The notes under the pieces: model-generated | The model's database searches: none | What the model saw: only the letters and a program-made list of their open reading frames with translations | What the model was told of the DNA's origin: nothing | Part shown: positions 37,601-52,600 of the stretch, in pieces | How positions within the stretch are numbered: position 1 is the stretch's first letter | Layout of the letters: each line of letters opens with the position of its first letter | Made by a program: the position numbers and the translations under genes | Source of the DNA: Octopus sinensis | Lineage: Eukaryota | NCBI RefSeq assembly: GCF_006345805.1 | Contig: NC_043010.1 | Coordinates: 15,810,001 to 15,874,000, forward strand | Length of the DNA: 64,000 nucleotides | Direction: 5' to 3'

Positions 37601-40600
37601 TAGCTTCGATTAACTGCTGTCTATCTATTAACAACCGAAATTATGACTGTTTTGAAACATTTGAAACTTTTATAATGGAGAATAAAGCAAAAGTTGATGA
37701 TGGTATAATCATTGAGATATCTGAACACTTGAATAAGTTAAATGAAAGTTTTGAAGTTTATTTTCGTAAAGAGATGAATACTATGCAACCGAAAAGATGG
37801 ATTATGAACCCCTTTCAGCCTGACTTTGACGACTGGAATATCAACAAAAGCTGATGAGAAACTTATCGATTTATCTGAAGACTCTTCTTTGAAAATGACT
37901 TTTAACACCCAAAAATTGGTACAGTTCTGGGCGTCCCTTCAAACCTTGTACCCAATCATTTCCACCGAAGCATTAAAAGTACTTCTCCCTTTCACATCAT
38001 CTTATATTTGTGAAGCTGGATTTTCAGCAAGGGTTGGGATTAATGACATGCATAAGATCTGGTCATCAAATCTAAGTAGAGACTTCAACCTTGAAATATT
38101 CAAAGCCACAGTCGAACCAATTCTACTATATGGCTCAGAAACCTGGACGTTATCAAAGAAGCTTGAGAGGCGGTTGGATGGAACCTACACTCGCCTCCTT
38201 ATGAGAACTCAAAATCTCTCGTGGAAGCGCCATCCAACCAAAATGCAAATATATGGGAAACTACCACCTGTGTCATCTCTTGTGAATGGTAGGAGAGTCC
38301 AGTTTGCTGGTCATTGTCGTAGAGCTGAAAAAGAAGTAATTTCTACTCTTCTCCTCTGGAAGCCATCTACTCGCAATACCAGAGGGCGCACACTCTCCTA
38401 CCCTGATGTAATCTCCAGGGATACAGGCATCCAGCAACAGGACCTCCGTAATGCTATGATGGACCATGAAGTCTGGCGTAACATAGTAAATTCCATTGTC
38501 TCGACCACGGTCGAACAATGATGATGATGATGGGATTAAAAGCAAATATCGAAATAAACTGCAGCTCTCAAATTCTTTACGCCTGAAACTATCACGCATT
38601 GAACCCGATGTTAATTCTATTATTGAGCGTAGCAAGAAACAGGCTCATCCTTCTTACAGGCCTCACTGAAGTTGTAATCTGAAATAAATTTGTTAATTTC
38701 ATTAATGTTTTTACTCAGTAGAGTTAAGTGGATCGTCATAAACTGGTGTGATAAATAGTGGGTCACTCAGTAGAGTTAAGTGGGTCGTCATAAACTGGTG
38801 TGATAAATAGTGGGTCACTCAGTAGAGTTAAGTGGGTCGTCATAAACTGGTGTGATAAATAGTGGGTCGCGACTCTAAAAAGTTTGGGAACCACTGGTCT
38901 AATAGCTAAAGGAAGCCTATTACAACTTTGTGTTTTGACATCAACTGCTTAGAGACGATGTTTTACCAGATAAGTGTATCAGTAGCAAAAGGTTTGTTGG
39001 GTTGCAGCATAGTGTTATTGTTAAGTTGGTTTAAAGGGGTTAGGAATATGACATTAGCTCAGTTATAAACAATCTTTGTTAGGACATTTGGATCTTTTCG
39101 GTTTGAACAGCAGTTTTTAACATAATTTCTAGGTAACTAAAAAATTTTAAACTTCGTATACTGGTAGAATGTGTTTATAAAACATCTTTTTCTCTTGGCT
39201 TTATTGAGAAAATTCTATAGTTGTAAGATATTTGTTGTTTTTTTCTTCTTCTTCAATTTCTGCAATTTCAACCAATCAATGACGTCAATTGAGGTAAAAA
39301 AAACATTCTGTGCTGTATGAATATGTTTAAGAAACAGATTGGGTTTATTTACATTTTTGAAGAAAAAAAGATACCCTTCCCCCCACCCCTAAAACAGATT
39401 GAAATGCAATAGATCGATTCTAGGTTCATAATTATGAGTGACAATTTCATATGACACCGCTAGAAAAAACCTGCCATTCAAACCGAAAAGATCCGGACAT
39501 TTCTGTCAATTCACTTTGAAAGAGAACTTAAGGTTAACTAGTTAAGAAAAGTAGTGTGATAATCATATTAATGACATCTGCTAAAATCCTATAGGTAAAC
39601 AGAAATCTAGCATTGCTGACACTGCTAGGATGAAGGTAACAGAACCTTGTGCAGTTGCAGAATTTAATTTTGAAGCTCAAGAACCGGATGAATTATCTCT
39701 AAAGGTAAGTATGTCTTTATTTGTAATAATGATTTCTCGTATTTCTCATTAGACATAAATAATGATGATGATTTTTCATTCTAATTTATTTTAAACTTTT
39801 ATGAAACACAAGTTTTTAAGAATTATAAGGAGAAAAATTGAAACATTTGTCATTCATGCCTTTCTCAGGAAATAAGTAAAACCAACTTATATTGAAATCA
39901 TACTGTAGATGCAGTTTGATAAGTACTTACTATATTTATGATGAGGAGAGATAAAAATGTCCTTTTAATTTTTGACAACTAGGGTAACATACATTTTTAA
40001 ATTAGGGTACAGTAGTAGACAAAATACACAAAACACCAACATAAATAACAAACTTCATAATAATATATAATTTTGAAAATGATTATACAAAAATTATATT
40101 TGTAATAATAAAAATATACTGATAAAAGAATTTGGACAAACAGTCGTACAAAATGGCCAAAGAAGGAAAATAATACTTGGTGACCCTGACAGTGCAGGTG
40201 CCACTTAAAAGCACCCAGTTCACACTGTAAAGTGGTTGGCATTTGGAAGGGCATCAAGCTGTAAAAATCATGTCAAAACTGACCTCGCCTGTGCTAGTGC
40301 CATGTAAAATACACTAAGTCTACTCTGCTAAGTGGCTGGCTTAAAATCAGAGACAGAAATGATTTATCATTGCAGCCCAGGATCAATACCTACCTACAAA
40401 AAGCTACCAGGCCAACATCTTAAAGAACGACAGTAACCCAACATGTCGCACATGTAAACAACAAGCAGAAAGCATTGATCTTATTGTCTCCATGTACAGC
40501 CTTCTTGCACCCACAGAGTATCTCAACAGGCGTGATAGAGAAGTTCAGTATATTCACTGGGTAATCTGTAAGGGCCTGGACCTGCCACATGATAAAAACA

Positions 40601-43600
40601 GGTGGCAATACAAACCACCCTCAATGCTTGAAAATATGATTGCATCCCACTCCTTTGGAACTTTACTGTTCAAACTGACAGAAAGATTGATGCAAATAGG
40701 CCAGACATTATACTGAAGCTTTCAGACAAATACCATGCCTCCTCAGCGCTATGACTGTCCCAATTGACATAAATGTATATGTCAAGACCTACCAAAAACT
40801 GAGCAAGTATAAAGATCTTGAAATAGAAATTGACAAGATGTGAAACCTGAAGGCTAGAACCATACCTGTTGTCATAGGCACCCTTGGGATGATCACAGAT
40901 TGGGATGAATCTTCCCTATCTCAGATACCAGGAAATCCAAAATGGAAGAAATTCAAAAAATAGTGCTCGAGGGAACTGCTCATATCCTAAGAAAAATATT
41001 GTCTATGTAATTCCAAAAATATTTTAATCTGAGAACATTATTGAAAGTACCTTTTACTCTCATCTTAAGATCACACTATCATCTTATCAAATTACTTTTA
41101 AAACAAACTTGACAGACTCTCTCTAGAACAATATTCTGTACAAAACCAAAACTATGGTACCTTAGTCATAATACTGCCTTGAATTTCAAACTTATCTCTT
41201 TAAGTTTCTGGGTGAGACTTGGAGTCAACTTGTACAAATACAAAGCAAAAGTCAAACATATAATAATAATGATGATGATGACGACGACATCCTGATGCAG
41301 TACTTATTTACCCTGATACAGTACCTTTGCTCTGATGCAGTACCAGGCAGTGGCTCTCATGGCTTCTGATCTTAACTGATTGGAAGTGTTATCATGTACA
41401 TTGTTTTGTCTTGGTATAAAAGATGGGCTACAGCAAATATTCTGCTCAATACCACAGATTTGCTTGTCAGTTGTTTGACCATAACCAGTTGAGCATGTCC
41501 TTTAGTGGCTGACGATATGTGCATCTCTGATCACGAGCAGAAGTAGTGGGGGAGCATCATAGTCGTGTGTCGAGGGGGATTCTTTGGGGTTTGAATAATT
41601 CACCTCTGGAAACATGGGTTGTTCTTTCAACATCCTTAAACAACCCTTATTCAGGGACCTTTTGAGCGGGATGGGTTACTCGACCAGAAGAAAATTCTAA
41701 CTGGGCCCCACCTGCAAGGTCATGCGCAGTTTATCTTGATATGAGATCACCATGTCATGCATATATGGTTGTGATGCATGTGCCTGGTGTACCCTTCTCA
41801 GATGGGTAGTCATGATGGGTATACTGGGCTTCATATATTTTACCCCAGTGTCACTTTGATGGCATGCACTGCTCTCTCACTTAATAATGATAATAATAAT
41901 AATAATAATGATCCTTTCTACTATAAGCACAAATCCAGAAATTATAGGGGAGCAGACTAGTTGATTACACCAACCCATGTTTGACTGGTACTTTATCGAT
42001 TCTGAAAGGATGAAAGGCAAAGTTGACCTTTGCAGAAATTGAACTCAGAATATAAAGATGGATGAAAATATGCCAAGCATGTTCTCTGGTTTGCATTTTC
42101 TGCCAGCTTGCCACCTTCATAATCATCATCGTTTAACGTCCGTTCTCCATGCTAGGATGGGTTGGACGGTTCAACCAGGGATCTGGGAAGCCAGAAGGCT
42201 GCACCAAGCTCCAGTCTGATCTGCCAGAGTTTCTACAGCTGGATGCCCTTCCTAATGCCTACCACTCCATGAGTGTAGTGGGTGCTTTTTACATGCCAGG
42301 CGAGGCTGGCAACGGCCACGATCAGATTGGTGCTATTTATGTGCCACGGGCACAGAAGCCAGTCAAGGCCGTGCTGGCATCGGCCACATTCGGATGGTGC
42401 TTTTTACATGCCACCGGCACGGCACCTTAATAGTAATAAGATTTTTAGGATAAAGGTAATGGGAATTTGGTTAATGAATTAGCTGATTGATTAGAGTGTT
42501 AACCCTTCCACCACTATGTGCTCTGCCTAAATCCTAAACGCTTAAACTCCATGTGATCAAGTTTACATTGTTCAATGTGGTGTAATTCATCACAAGAACA
42601 AGGATGTGTCATTAGTTTGCAGTAAATAAGTTCAAATCCTGTTGGCTTGAAGAAGGTAATGGGACGCTACTCAAGCGAACGGCTACAACTGGATGACTGA
42701 ATCTTCTGAAGTACTTAAAAGACCATGAGAATCATTGGACTGTAACTACTAGTTACCTAATATAACAAACTAGAAATTGTTGGATATAATATGCAATATT
42801 GTTGTGTAAATTGTAATATACAGATATGGAATTTTATATTGGCATGTACTATAAAGTATATAAAACTTGAAAAATTTATTTTTAATTTGAAACCTTAAAA
42901 ATTTTCTTTTTAATTTCTGTCTTTAAGATTCTTTAAGTTTTAGCATTTGGTATGCTTCTGTTTCAAACCCTTGCTCATTATCTGATTGCTGCAAAATTCT
43001 TGCATATCAGCAGTGATCATTTCCTGCCAAATTTCTTCTCTTCCTTCATGCTAATTCTTTTACCCCCCCATTTCCAAACTTTGCTTTCTTTTCTATTACT
43101 GAATATACAGAAAGGTGATCGTGTGAGATTACTTACCTGGGTAGATAGCAGTTGGTTATATGGTACCTGTAATGGCTTCAGTGGAATCTTCCCAAAAGGC
43201 TTTGTAAAAATTATTCAGCCACTGTCCAACGTAAGTTATGCATAATAGCTTTGACAAATAAGTTTATTGAGATAAGTGACTGCATTTTAAATGTGACAGA
43301 GTACATTTAACTCACACAAACACTCTCACTCACTCGCTCGCTCACTCACACAAACACACATGCACACACACACAAACATTCACTCACTCTCACATACACA
43401 CACACTCTCTCACATACACACACTCTCACTCACACACACACACACACAAACACTCATTCACTCTCACATACACACACTCACTCACTCACTCTCACTCACT
43501 CACACACACACACACGAACACTCACTCTCACATACACACACTCTCACACTCACTCACTCACTCACACACACTCTCACATACATACACACACACACTCTCA

Positions 43601-46600
43601 CTCACTCACACACACACACACACACACATGCGCGCGCACACACACACACAGCATATGACCATCTAGTTATTGATATTTATGTTGTGGAGTCCTTCTGTTA
43701 TTTGTAACGTTCATAAGAGCACATAGGTTGAATCACACTTATCCGGCAAGCCTGGGACTAGACAGGTGTTGGAGCAGCAGATTTGCTGAACCAGCAAAGC
43801 TTAAGGTTAAACAATGGCAAAATAATACAAACATTGTACTGTATTACTCAAACCAGTCACAATGTTACAATAGTATAACTTGGTTTCAAGCTTACTGATC
43901 TGCTTTATAGCATGACTTTACTGCATACTGAAGCAGATGAACAAAAGCTGTTGGCTTACCAAGACTTAAAAACTATGCAAAAATTAAGAAAAGCAGAAAC
44001 CATTCATTTAACTTAACTTTTACTGTGAATTTACTTTCAAAATGTATTTGTTTTTACTTAGAATCTAAATAAAAGTCAAGTAGTATCTAGTTGATGTGAA
44101 TCTGGGTTATCTTTTGAGGTCTCCCGGACATCATCTGTGATGTCTGAAACTAACAGTGTTCTTGAAATATTTTAAGTTATTCATTCAAAGACTGTTTGTA
44201 CAGAAATGATCCGACCATCATCACAAAACTATTGGGTTGGCAAGAAAGTACTTTCGGTTTTTTAGTGTGAAGTACTAGTCATTTGTTTTTCATACAAAGA
44301 ATGAACTTTAACCAATGATATTTTCCATTTTGTTCAGTGACTTTTTGCCGTCTTTCTGGCAACTTCATGATTCCATACTCATAGAACTTCTAATCCTTAT
44401 CAGCCAAAAAACAGAAGCAAGAGCAATTTCAGGTCAACATTATTATTGAAAGTTTTACCATTCAAAGAATTTTTTGCAAACTTCAAAATAAATGGAATCT
44501 GATGGTGCAAGGCCAGGGCTTTACAGTGGATATGACATTACTTGCCAACCAAGCTCCAATAATTTTTCACTAGTCAGCAAAGTCATGTGTGGTCTAGCGT
44601 TGTCATGTTGGAATATGATTCCTCTACGATTTGCCAATTCTGGCTGTAATATTTATAGCAGCACCAACCACCTTAACCCTTCAGCATTTAAACTGGCCAT
44701 ATCTCGCCCAAATATTCTACCCATTTTGTGTTGGGATTGGCCGTATTCAGCCTCTCATACCTATCCTGTAATGTCATTTCTAAAAATAAACAATCACATC
44801 ATTGAAATCTAAACAAAAAGAGGATCTTTTCGGTTTGAACGGCAGTTTTTTCTAGCGGTGTCATATGAAATTGTCACCCATAATTATGACCCTAGTATCG
44901 ATCTATTGCATTTCAATCTATTTTAGGATTAGGGGTGGGGGAAGGGTATCTTTTTTTCTTCACAAATGTAAATAAACCCAATCTGTTTCTTAAACAAGGG
45001 ACATATTCATACGGCATAGAATGTTTTTTTTACCTCAATAGATGTCATTGATTGGTTGAAATTGCAGAAATGGAAGAAAAAAAAACAACAAATATCTTAC
45101 AAACTCTAGAATTTTCTCAATAAAGCCAAGAGAAAAAGATGTTTTATAAACACATTCTACCAGTATACGATGTTTCAAATTTTTTAGTTACCTAGAAATT
45201 ATGTTAAAAACTGCCGTTCAAACCGAAAAGATCCCAAAAAGGTAATGCATGTGTAATTCAAAGAAATGCAAATAAATAAGCATTACAATGGGCAGAATAA
45301 TCCGAATGGTAAAGTCAAGGGTGGTGAACATAAATAATATGGGGTACCACAACTAGTCAAATAACCATCACATAAAACTATTGACCGTCAGATTCAAATC
45401 GCCATCTCAAGCCATTGTGAGGTTCAACCTGTTTGCGTCTTTAGGTGTGCATTTGTTTTGTTGAACTGATTTAGTGTCGCATGTATGTGTGTGTGTATAT
45501 ATATGTATGTACATGTGTGTATATGTATCTGTAACTTGGCAGAAAGGAAAAATTCAGGCATATAATATTTCTTTGGGAAATAGATAATTATATAAACACA
45601 TTATAGTGTATGTTTGTATATATGCATAGACGTAGAGGAGTTAGGAAGGGCATCCTAACAAAATGGCCAAAGAAGGAAAATAATACTTGGTGACCCTGAC
45701 AGTGCAGGTGCCACTTAAAAGCACCCAGTTCACACTGTAAAGTGGTTGGCATTTGGAAGGGCATCCAGCTGTAAAAGTCTGTCAAAACTGACCTCGCCTG
45801 TACTAGTGCTATGTAAAATACACTAAGTCCACTCTGCTAAGTGGCTGGTGTTAGGAAGGGCATCCAGCTGTAAAAACCTTGTCAAAACAGTTACAGAAGT
45901 CTGGTGCAAGCTTCTGCTTGGGCAGGTTTGAATCAGCAATGAAAAAAACCACTGACCATGTTTGAACTAGTGTAATCTGTGTAATCTGTAGGGTGTGTTA
46001 GCAGGTTTTAACTTAATTTACATTGCCAGATTTACTTCATCTACACCCATAGTCTTTCGGATCACTACTGTATTGCTCACACTTTTGCGTGCTACATTTT
46101 AGCTTCATGCTGATACTCTATATAGTATTTCTAACTTCAGTGTGATACCCAACATATAGATTTCTTTTGAAAGAGATTTATAGCCACTAAGTAGATTGGA
46201 TCTTTTCGGTTTGAATGGCAGTTTTTTCTAGCGGTGTCATATGAAATTGTCGCCCATAATTATGACCCTAGAATCAATCTATTGCATTTCAATCTGTTTT
46301 AGGGTTAGGGTTAGTTAGGGTTGGTTAGGTTAAGGGGAAGGGTATCTTTTTTTCTTCACAAATGTAAATAAACCCAATCTGTTTCTTAAACGAGGGACAT
46401 ATTCATACGGCACAGAATGTTTTTTTTTTTACCTCAATGGACATCATTGATTGGTTGAAATTGCAGAAATTGAAGAAGAAAAAAACAACAAATATCTTAC
46501 AAACTCTAGAATTTTCTCAATAAAGCCAAGAGAAAAAGATGTTTTATAAACACATTCTACCAGTATACGAAGTTTAAAATTTTTTAGTTACCTAGAAATT

Positions 46601-49600
46601 ATGTTAAAAACTGCCGTTCAAACCGAAAAGATCCTGTAGATCTGTAAGCACAATTTTAGTTCTTGATGGCTCTGCTGCTGCTGCTGATTGACTACTATTG
46701 CAAACAGATGTTCAGTGTCCAATTTGTAACCTGCTGATAATACATACAATACTCATCAGGTTTGAGTCATAAGGTTGAATGTTAGAAAACCAAATATGAA
46801 AAGGCTAAAATGACTGAAAATTCCGAATACTAAAAACCTGAAAGATTGTAAAATCAGATTATTGAATGGCATGATGTTGAAAAATTCAAACTCTGAATTT
46901 TGAAATTCTTTATTGCAAAATAATAAGGAAAATGAATCTTAAAAGACATTTATTGACAGTTTTAAAAGAGTGCTATTTGAGTAATATATAGCGTAGTTAC
47001 ATTTTTTTATTACATTATGTTGATAGCAAAGGGCCTCTCTCTCAGAGTGGAAGGCAAATTGTATGATGCCTGTGAGAGAACAGCTATGCTACACGATTGT
47101 GAAACATGGACTGTGACCACTAAGGACATGTGAAGGCTTGAAAGAAACGAAGCTAGTATGCTTTGCTGGATGTGCAATGTCAGTGTGCATGCCCAACATT
47201 GTATAAGCGTCTTGAGAGAAAAGTTGGGTATAAGAGGCATCAGATGTGATGTGCAAGAGAGACGACTGCGCTGGTATGGCCATGTGATGCATATGGACAA
47301 GGACAGCTGTGTAAAGAAGTGCTAAGCTCTAACTGTGAAGGGAACGTGTGGTAGTGATAGACCCAGGAGGACATGGGACAAGGTGGTGAAACATGATCTT
47401 TGAAGCAAGAGCAATTTCAGGTCAACATTATTATTGAAAGTTTTACCATTCAAAGAATTTTTTGCAAACTTCAAAATAAATGGAATCTAATGGTGCAGGG
47501 CCAGGGCTTTACAGTGGATATGACATTACTTGCCAACCAAGCTTCAATAATTTTTCAGTAGTCAGCAAAGACATGTGTGGTCTAGCGTTGTCGTGTTGGA
47601 ATATGATTCCTCTATGATTTGCCAATTCTGGCTGTGATATTTATAGCAGCACCAACCACCTTAACCCTTTAGCATTTAAACCGGGCATATCTCACCCAAA
47701 TATTCTACCCATTTTGTGTTGGGATTGGCCGTATTCAGCCTCTCATACCTATTCTGTAATGTCATTTCTAAAAATAAACAATCACATCATTGAAATCTAA
47801 ACAAAAAGAGGATCTTTTCGGTTTGAACAGAGGCAACAACTAGTGACTGAGATCTTTAGCGATGTGCTGTGCTTGAGAAGACCCGGCAAGCCAAATGAAA
47901 TCATAGTCATGGCACCCATACCAGTTGCATGTAAAAAGCACCTTTTGAACATTCGGCAATATGTTGTGCTTGAGAAGACCCATCAAACCAAGTGAAATTG
48001 AAGTTGTGGCTGATGCCAGTGTCGCATAAGTGGCACCCATGCCGGTGGCATGTAAAAAACACCCTTTGAACTTTGGGCTTCACGAAGGCAGTGACAAGGG
48101 ACCGAGACCTTTGGCAATATACCATGCTTGAGAAGACCTGTCAAGCCGAGTGAGATTGTAGTCATGGCTGGTGCCGGTGTTTGGTAACTGGCACCCACTA
48201 CACTCTTGGAGTGATTGGTATTAAGAAAGACATCCAGGTGTAGAAACCATGCCAGATCAGACTGGAACCTGGTGCAACTCCCCGACTTACCAGTTTTCAG
48301 TAAAGCTATTCCACCCATGTTACCATGGAAAAATAGACATTGGATGAGGATGAGGAGTGTGTCAGGATAACAAATACATATTTCTTTATTACCCACAAGG
48401 GGCTAAACATAGAGGGGACAGACATAGGTATTAAGTCGATTACATTGAGCCCAGTGTGTAACTGGTACTTAATTTATCGACCCCGAAAGGATGAAAGGTA
48501 AAGTAGACCTCGGTGGAATTTGAAATCACAACATAACAACAGACGAAATACGGCTACGCATTTTGCCCAGCGTGCTAACGTTTCTGCCAGCTCGATATGT
48601 GAGTGAGTATAGTTTCTTGCAAATGTGTTAGTGTTAGATCTTTCCTAGATAAACACAGTTTTAAAACCATCAATAAGTGTCTTTTAAGACCATTTTCTAT
48701 ATCATTTTTCCCTAAAATACTTCAGAATTTGGTATTTTTGATTTTTCAGTATTACGGTGTTTGCTTTTCTTAATTTCCCATCTTTCAAGATTTCTGTATT
48801 CTGATTTTTTTTTTGGGGTCATTTGAAAGTCAACCTTCTCACATATGGACTTATGATTGGCTCTCACATTTATCACGAAATTTCTTCCAAGTGTTGGAAA
48901 AGTTATTTCAGATCTAACAATTCCTTAACCCTTTCGTTACTGTATTTATTTTGAGATGTTCTGTGTTTCTTTCAATTACTTTAAATATAACAAAGAATTT
49001 AGTAAAATAACTTAGTTACCATTCAGCTAGTATTAGGAACATAAATTGTGACTAAGGTTTAGTGGAAGATTTTAATTCAGAACTTATGAAAACAAAGCAT
49101 TTGTACTCAGAGCCAGAGCCGGTTTCAGCCAGGTTGGTAACGAAAGGATTAAGTATTGTAGTCTGCAAGCTTCAAACTTATTTTTAACTCAAGGACATTA
49201 AGGAGCAGGTAGGGGAGAGAAAAAGATAGGATATTATTGAAATGAGCTTTGCATTTTTTTTTTCTATGTTTCTGCTAATTTTATTGGATTTTGTGTCTAC
49301 AAATATTGGGCGATGGAAGTATTGGGTTGGTAGCTTTGTTCCACTGCATTGCATGCAAGAACTGTTTCTAACATTCCCACATGTCATTGTTCTTTTGTGC
49401 ATGTCAAGCTTCACAATATCTGTTTATTTATATATATATAATCTGCTTTGCTATTTCTCTTCTTGTATATTTCTAGTTGTCTATCTCTATTTTTTTCTTT
49501 TTGCATATTACCTGTCTTATTACCTTTTTGCATATTACCTGTCTATGTCACCTATTCTGACTATCTATCCACCTGGTGGTCTATTTTTCTTTCTTCGTTC

Positions 49601-52600
49601 TTCTCTTCCCTTCTTTCTATGTATGTCTATCTCTCTCTACGTCTACTCGTATCCAGCTGCCTGTTTTATTCTATCATTTGAACCTGGATATTTATTTCCT
49701 TCGTTTTGCTATTAAAGCCTCCAACTCCAGTTAATGCTAACAACAATTCATGTGGAACTGATCCCGATTCAGTGCCAGCCAAAGAAAACTCCAACGATGC
49801 TACCGCTTCTGATGCTACTGAAGTCATGGCCTTCGATAACACCCTCTATGCAAGCCTGTCAGAAGTTACCACTGGCACTATTGCTCCAACTAAACTGGAT
49901 TCTCCTGCTCTGAAGGATCAAGAACAAATTAACTGTGACTTTTTAAGTCCAACTCAGTCACAAATAAATTTCGATGCTCACTCTCAAAACGATGCTTCAA
50001 ACAGCCTTGACGATGAGACAACAGATTCTGAGGTGATCAGCAAAGTTGACTTCCCTGTCGGGGGAGAGGAGACCATAGCCATCACACTGTATGACTTTGA
50101 AGGAGAAGAAGGAGAGCTAAGCTTCAAGGTGAGTAGATGCTGTCATTGGACAGGTACTGCATTTTCAAGGTATGAAGAAAATAAAGTGAAGTGAGAGGCA
50201 ATTCAGAGTAGGTAACAGGTGAGGGCATAAGTAAAAGAACAGGACATTATTGCACAGAAAAGAATGTTATGTAATGACTATCATCGAGTGAGGCTTAATA
50301 GAGAGAATTAGTTGTCAGATGGGAAGAAGGTAGAACAGTTATTACAGGCAATAAAAATCCAAGGTGTTTGCAAATTGGGAGTTTGTGATCTTTTTTTGTT
50401 TTGCTTTGTTTTCTGAAGATATTTCTTGATAAATTAGCTAAGACTGTAGTTGTTATTAATGTAGAATTTTGAGTAAGAGTTCACAGTACATAATGAGCAG
50501 CTTTGCACAATAAGGAAGAAATAAGAGAATGTGTTCAACATTTTGGACAATGATGGAAGGTAAAAAAGAGGATATTATCAGACAAAGTGTGGAACATGAA
50601 AGACTAGTGAGATGTTGGTGGACAGAAATAAAAGGCTGTGTGGTAGGTATCTTGTTTACCAACCACATGGTTCCGGGTTCAGTCCCACTGCGTGGCATCT
50701 TGGGCAAGTGTCTTCTACTATAGCCCCGGGTTGACCAAAGCCTTGTGAGTGGATTTGGTAGACAGAAACTGAAAGAAGCATGTCGTGTATATATTTATAT
50801 ATATATGTGTGTGTGCGTGTATGTTTGTGTGTCTGTGTTTGTCCCCCTAGCATTGCTTGACAACCGATGCTGGTGTGTTTATGTCCCCGTCACTTAGCGG
50901 TTCAGCAAAAGGGACCGATAGAATAAGTACTAGGCTTACAAAGAATAAGTCCCGGGGTCAAGTTGCTCGATTAAAGGCGGTGCTCCAGCATGGTCGCAGT
51001 CAAATGACTGAAACAAGTAAAAGAGAAAAGAAAAGGGAGTGAGCATAGTGTATTGTTGTGTGTTTGTGTTAAAGACAAGAGGAATTGTGGTGTATGGATG
51101 TTAATACTTTGTGTGTGTGTGGATGGTGTATAATTTGTTTGGTGAGAGTATGGTTGTGTGGTTAAGAAGTTCACTTCCAAACCACATGGTTTTGAGTTCA
51201 GTCCTACTGTATGGCACCTTGAGTAAGTGTGTTCTACTCTAACCCCAGCCAACCCAAGCTTTGTGAATGGATTTGGTAGAGAGAAACTGAAAGAAGCCCA
51301 TTATTTGTGGGTGCCTTTGTCTTGACATTTTGCAATAATTGTAATAAGCATCACCATCATATATGTAGTGCTTCTTTGAAAACATAGCCAGGCATAGGGA
51401 AATATTGGCTTCCTTAGATGAGGGTTGGCAACAGGGAAAAGCATCCCTCGATAGAAAAATCTGTTGCAATAAATTCCATCTGACCCGTGCAAGCTTGGAA
51501 ATGTGGATTGGTTATTGATTGGTTGAAATTGGTCAAGATAGTGATAGCTAAAAGCAGAAGGTTTTACAAATATATATATATATATATATATAATAATAAA
51601 TATTAGGGAATAAATCCAAATTTACAGGGAAAAAAAATCAGATTTAGGATTAAATCCAATTTTATAGTAAAATATTATAAAATATTATTAGAGACAAACC
51701 CACTATTTTGCAAAACAAACAAAGGAAAGACTTAATCAATACATAAAATTTTAATAAATAGTCAAAAAAAAAACCGCCACTACAATCGTTTCTTGTCTTG
51801 ATCGACAATCTTCAGGTGGACTTCAATCTAAAAATCAAAATTTTAAAATATAAAAATAATAATTTTAAATAATTAAAGTATAAATGAAAAAATATAAGTA
51901 TATAATCCATATATAACCTATATATAATCCATATCGAAAATATAGACAAATTACCACGAATTCCCTAAAAAAAACCATGATAAAACAAATCTCTTAAAAA
52001 CATATAACGATAAAATCTCCCTTTGCTAAACTCTAAAACAAACCTATATAGTAATCCCCCTAACCTAAACATTCACACACAAATACACACACGTAAACCA
52101 CAGACCCACGACTTATACACATACCTATACTAACTTATAAACCTCAATATACACCAAAACCCACTCCCTCCCCACACAGACAATTAACACATACATCCCA
52201 AAACCTAAATAACAACCCATATACACATTCACACACAAACACACACACACACGCAAAACACGCACACACAACAGATACATATACTCCCTCACATATACGC
52301 ATATACATACTCACTAAACTCGACATATACAACAACTTACACACCCACAAAAATCATTAAATACATTTATGAGCTTAACTCACCTTAGCAGCTCTAACAA
52401 ACAACTTGCAGTAACCCAATCCCATTCTCTATGCCTACCTCACTACTACACACTATTCCATTCACAATTCCAAGCAACGCTAGTCCACCACCCGGTTATT
52501 CACGTGGCAAAACGAACACCACTCAAAAATTATGAATGAAACAATGTAAAAAAATAACCAACATCGAAAATAGACAATTACCACGAATTACCTAAAAAAA

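Larger units (their letters stand above)
37514..38896 (+). mobile_element. hAT (Charlie/Buster-like) internal-deletion derivative
   Basis: TIRs cagtggttcccaaact / agtttgggaaccactg; perfect 8-bp TSD GTCTAATA; dimerisation-domain remnant FWASLQTLYPIISTEALKVLLPFTSSYICEAGFS. Confidence 0.9.

Noticed and set aside
46780-48830. Weak inverted similarity between 46780-46920 and 48715-48830 as ends of one large element
   Set aside because: Similarity is low-complexity; no clear TIR or TSD could be read.
49242-49715. 157-aa hydrophobic ORF resembling a membrane protein (similar: 5664..5981, 6104..6493, 60219..60557)
   Set aside because: T-rich intronic sequence gives Phe/Leu-rich frames; no splice or domain support.
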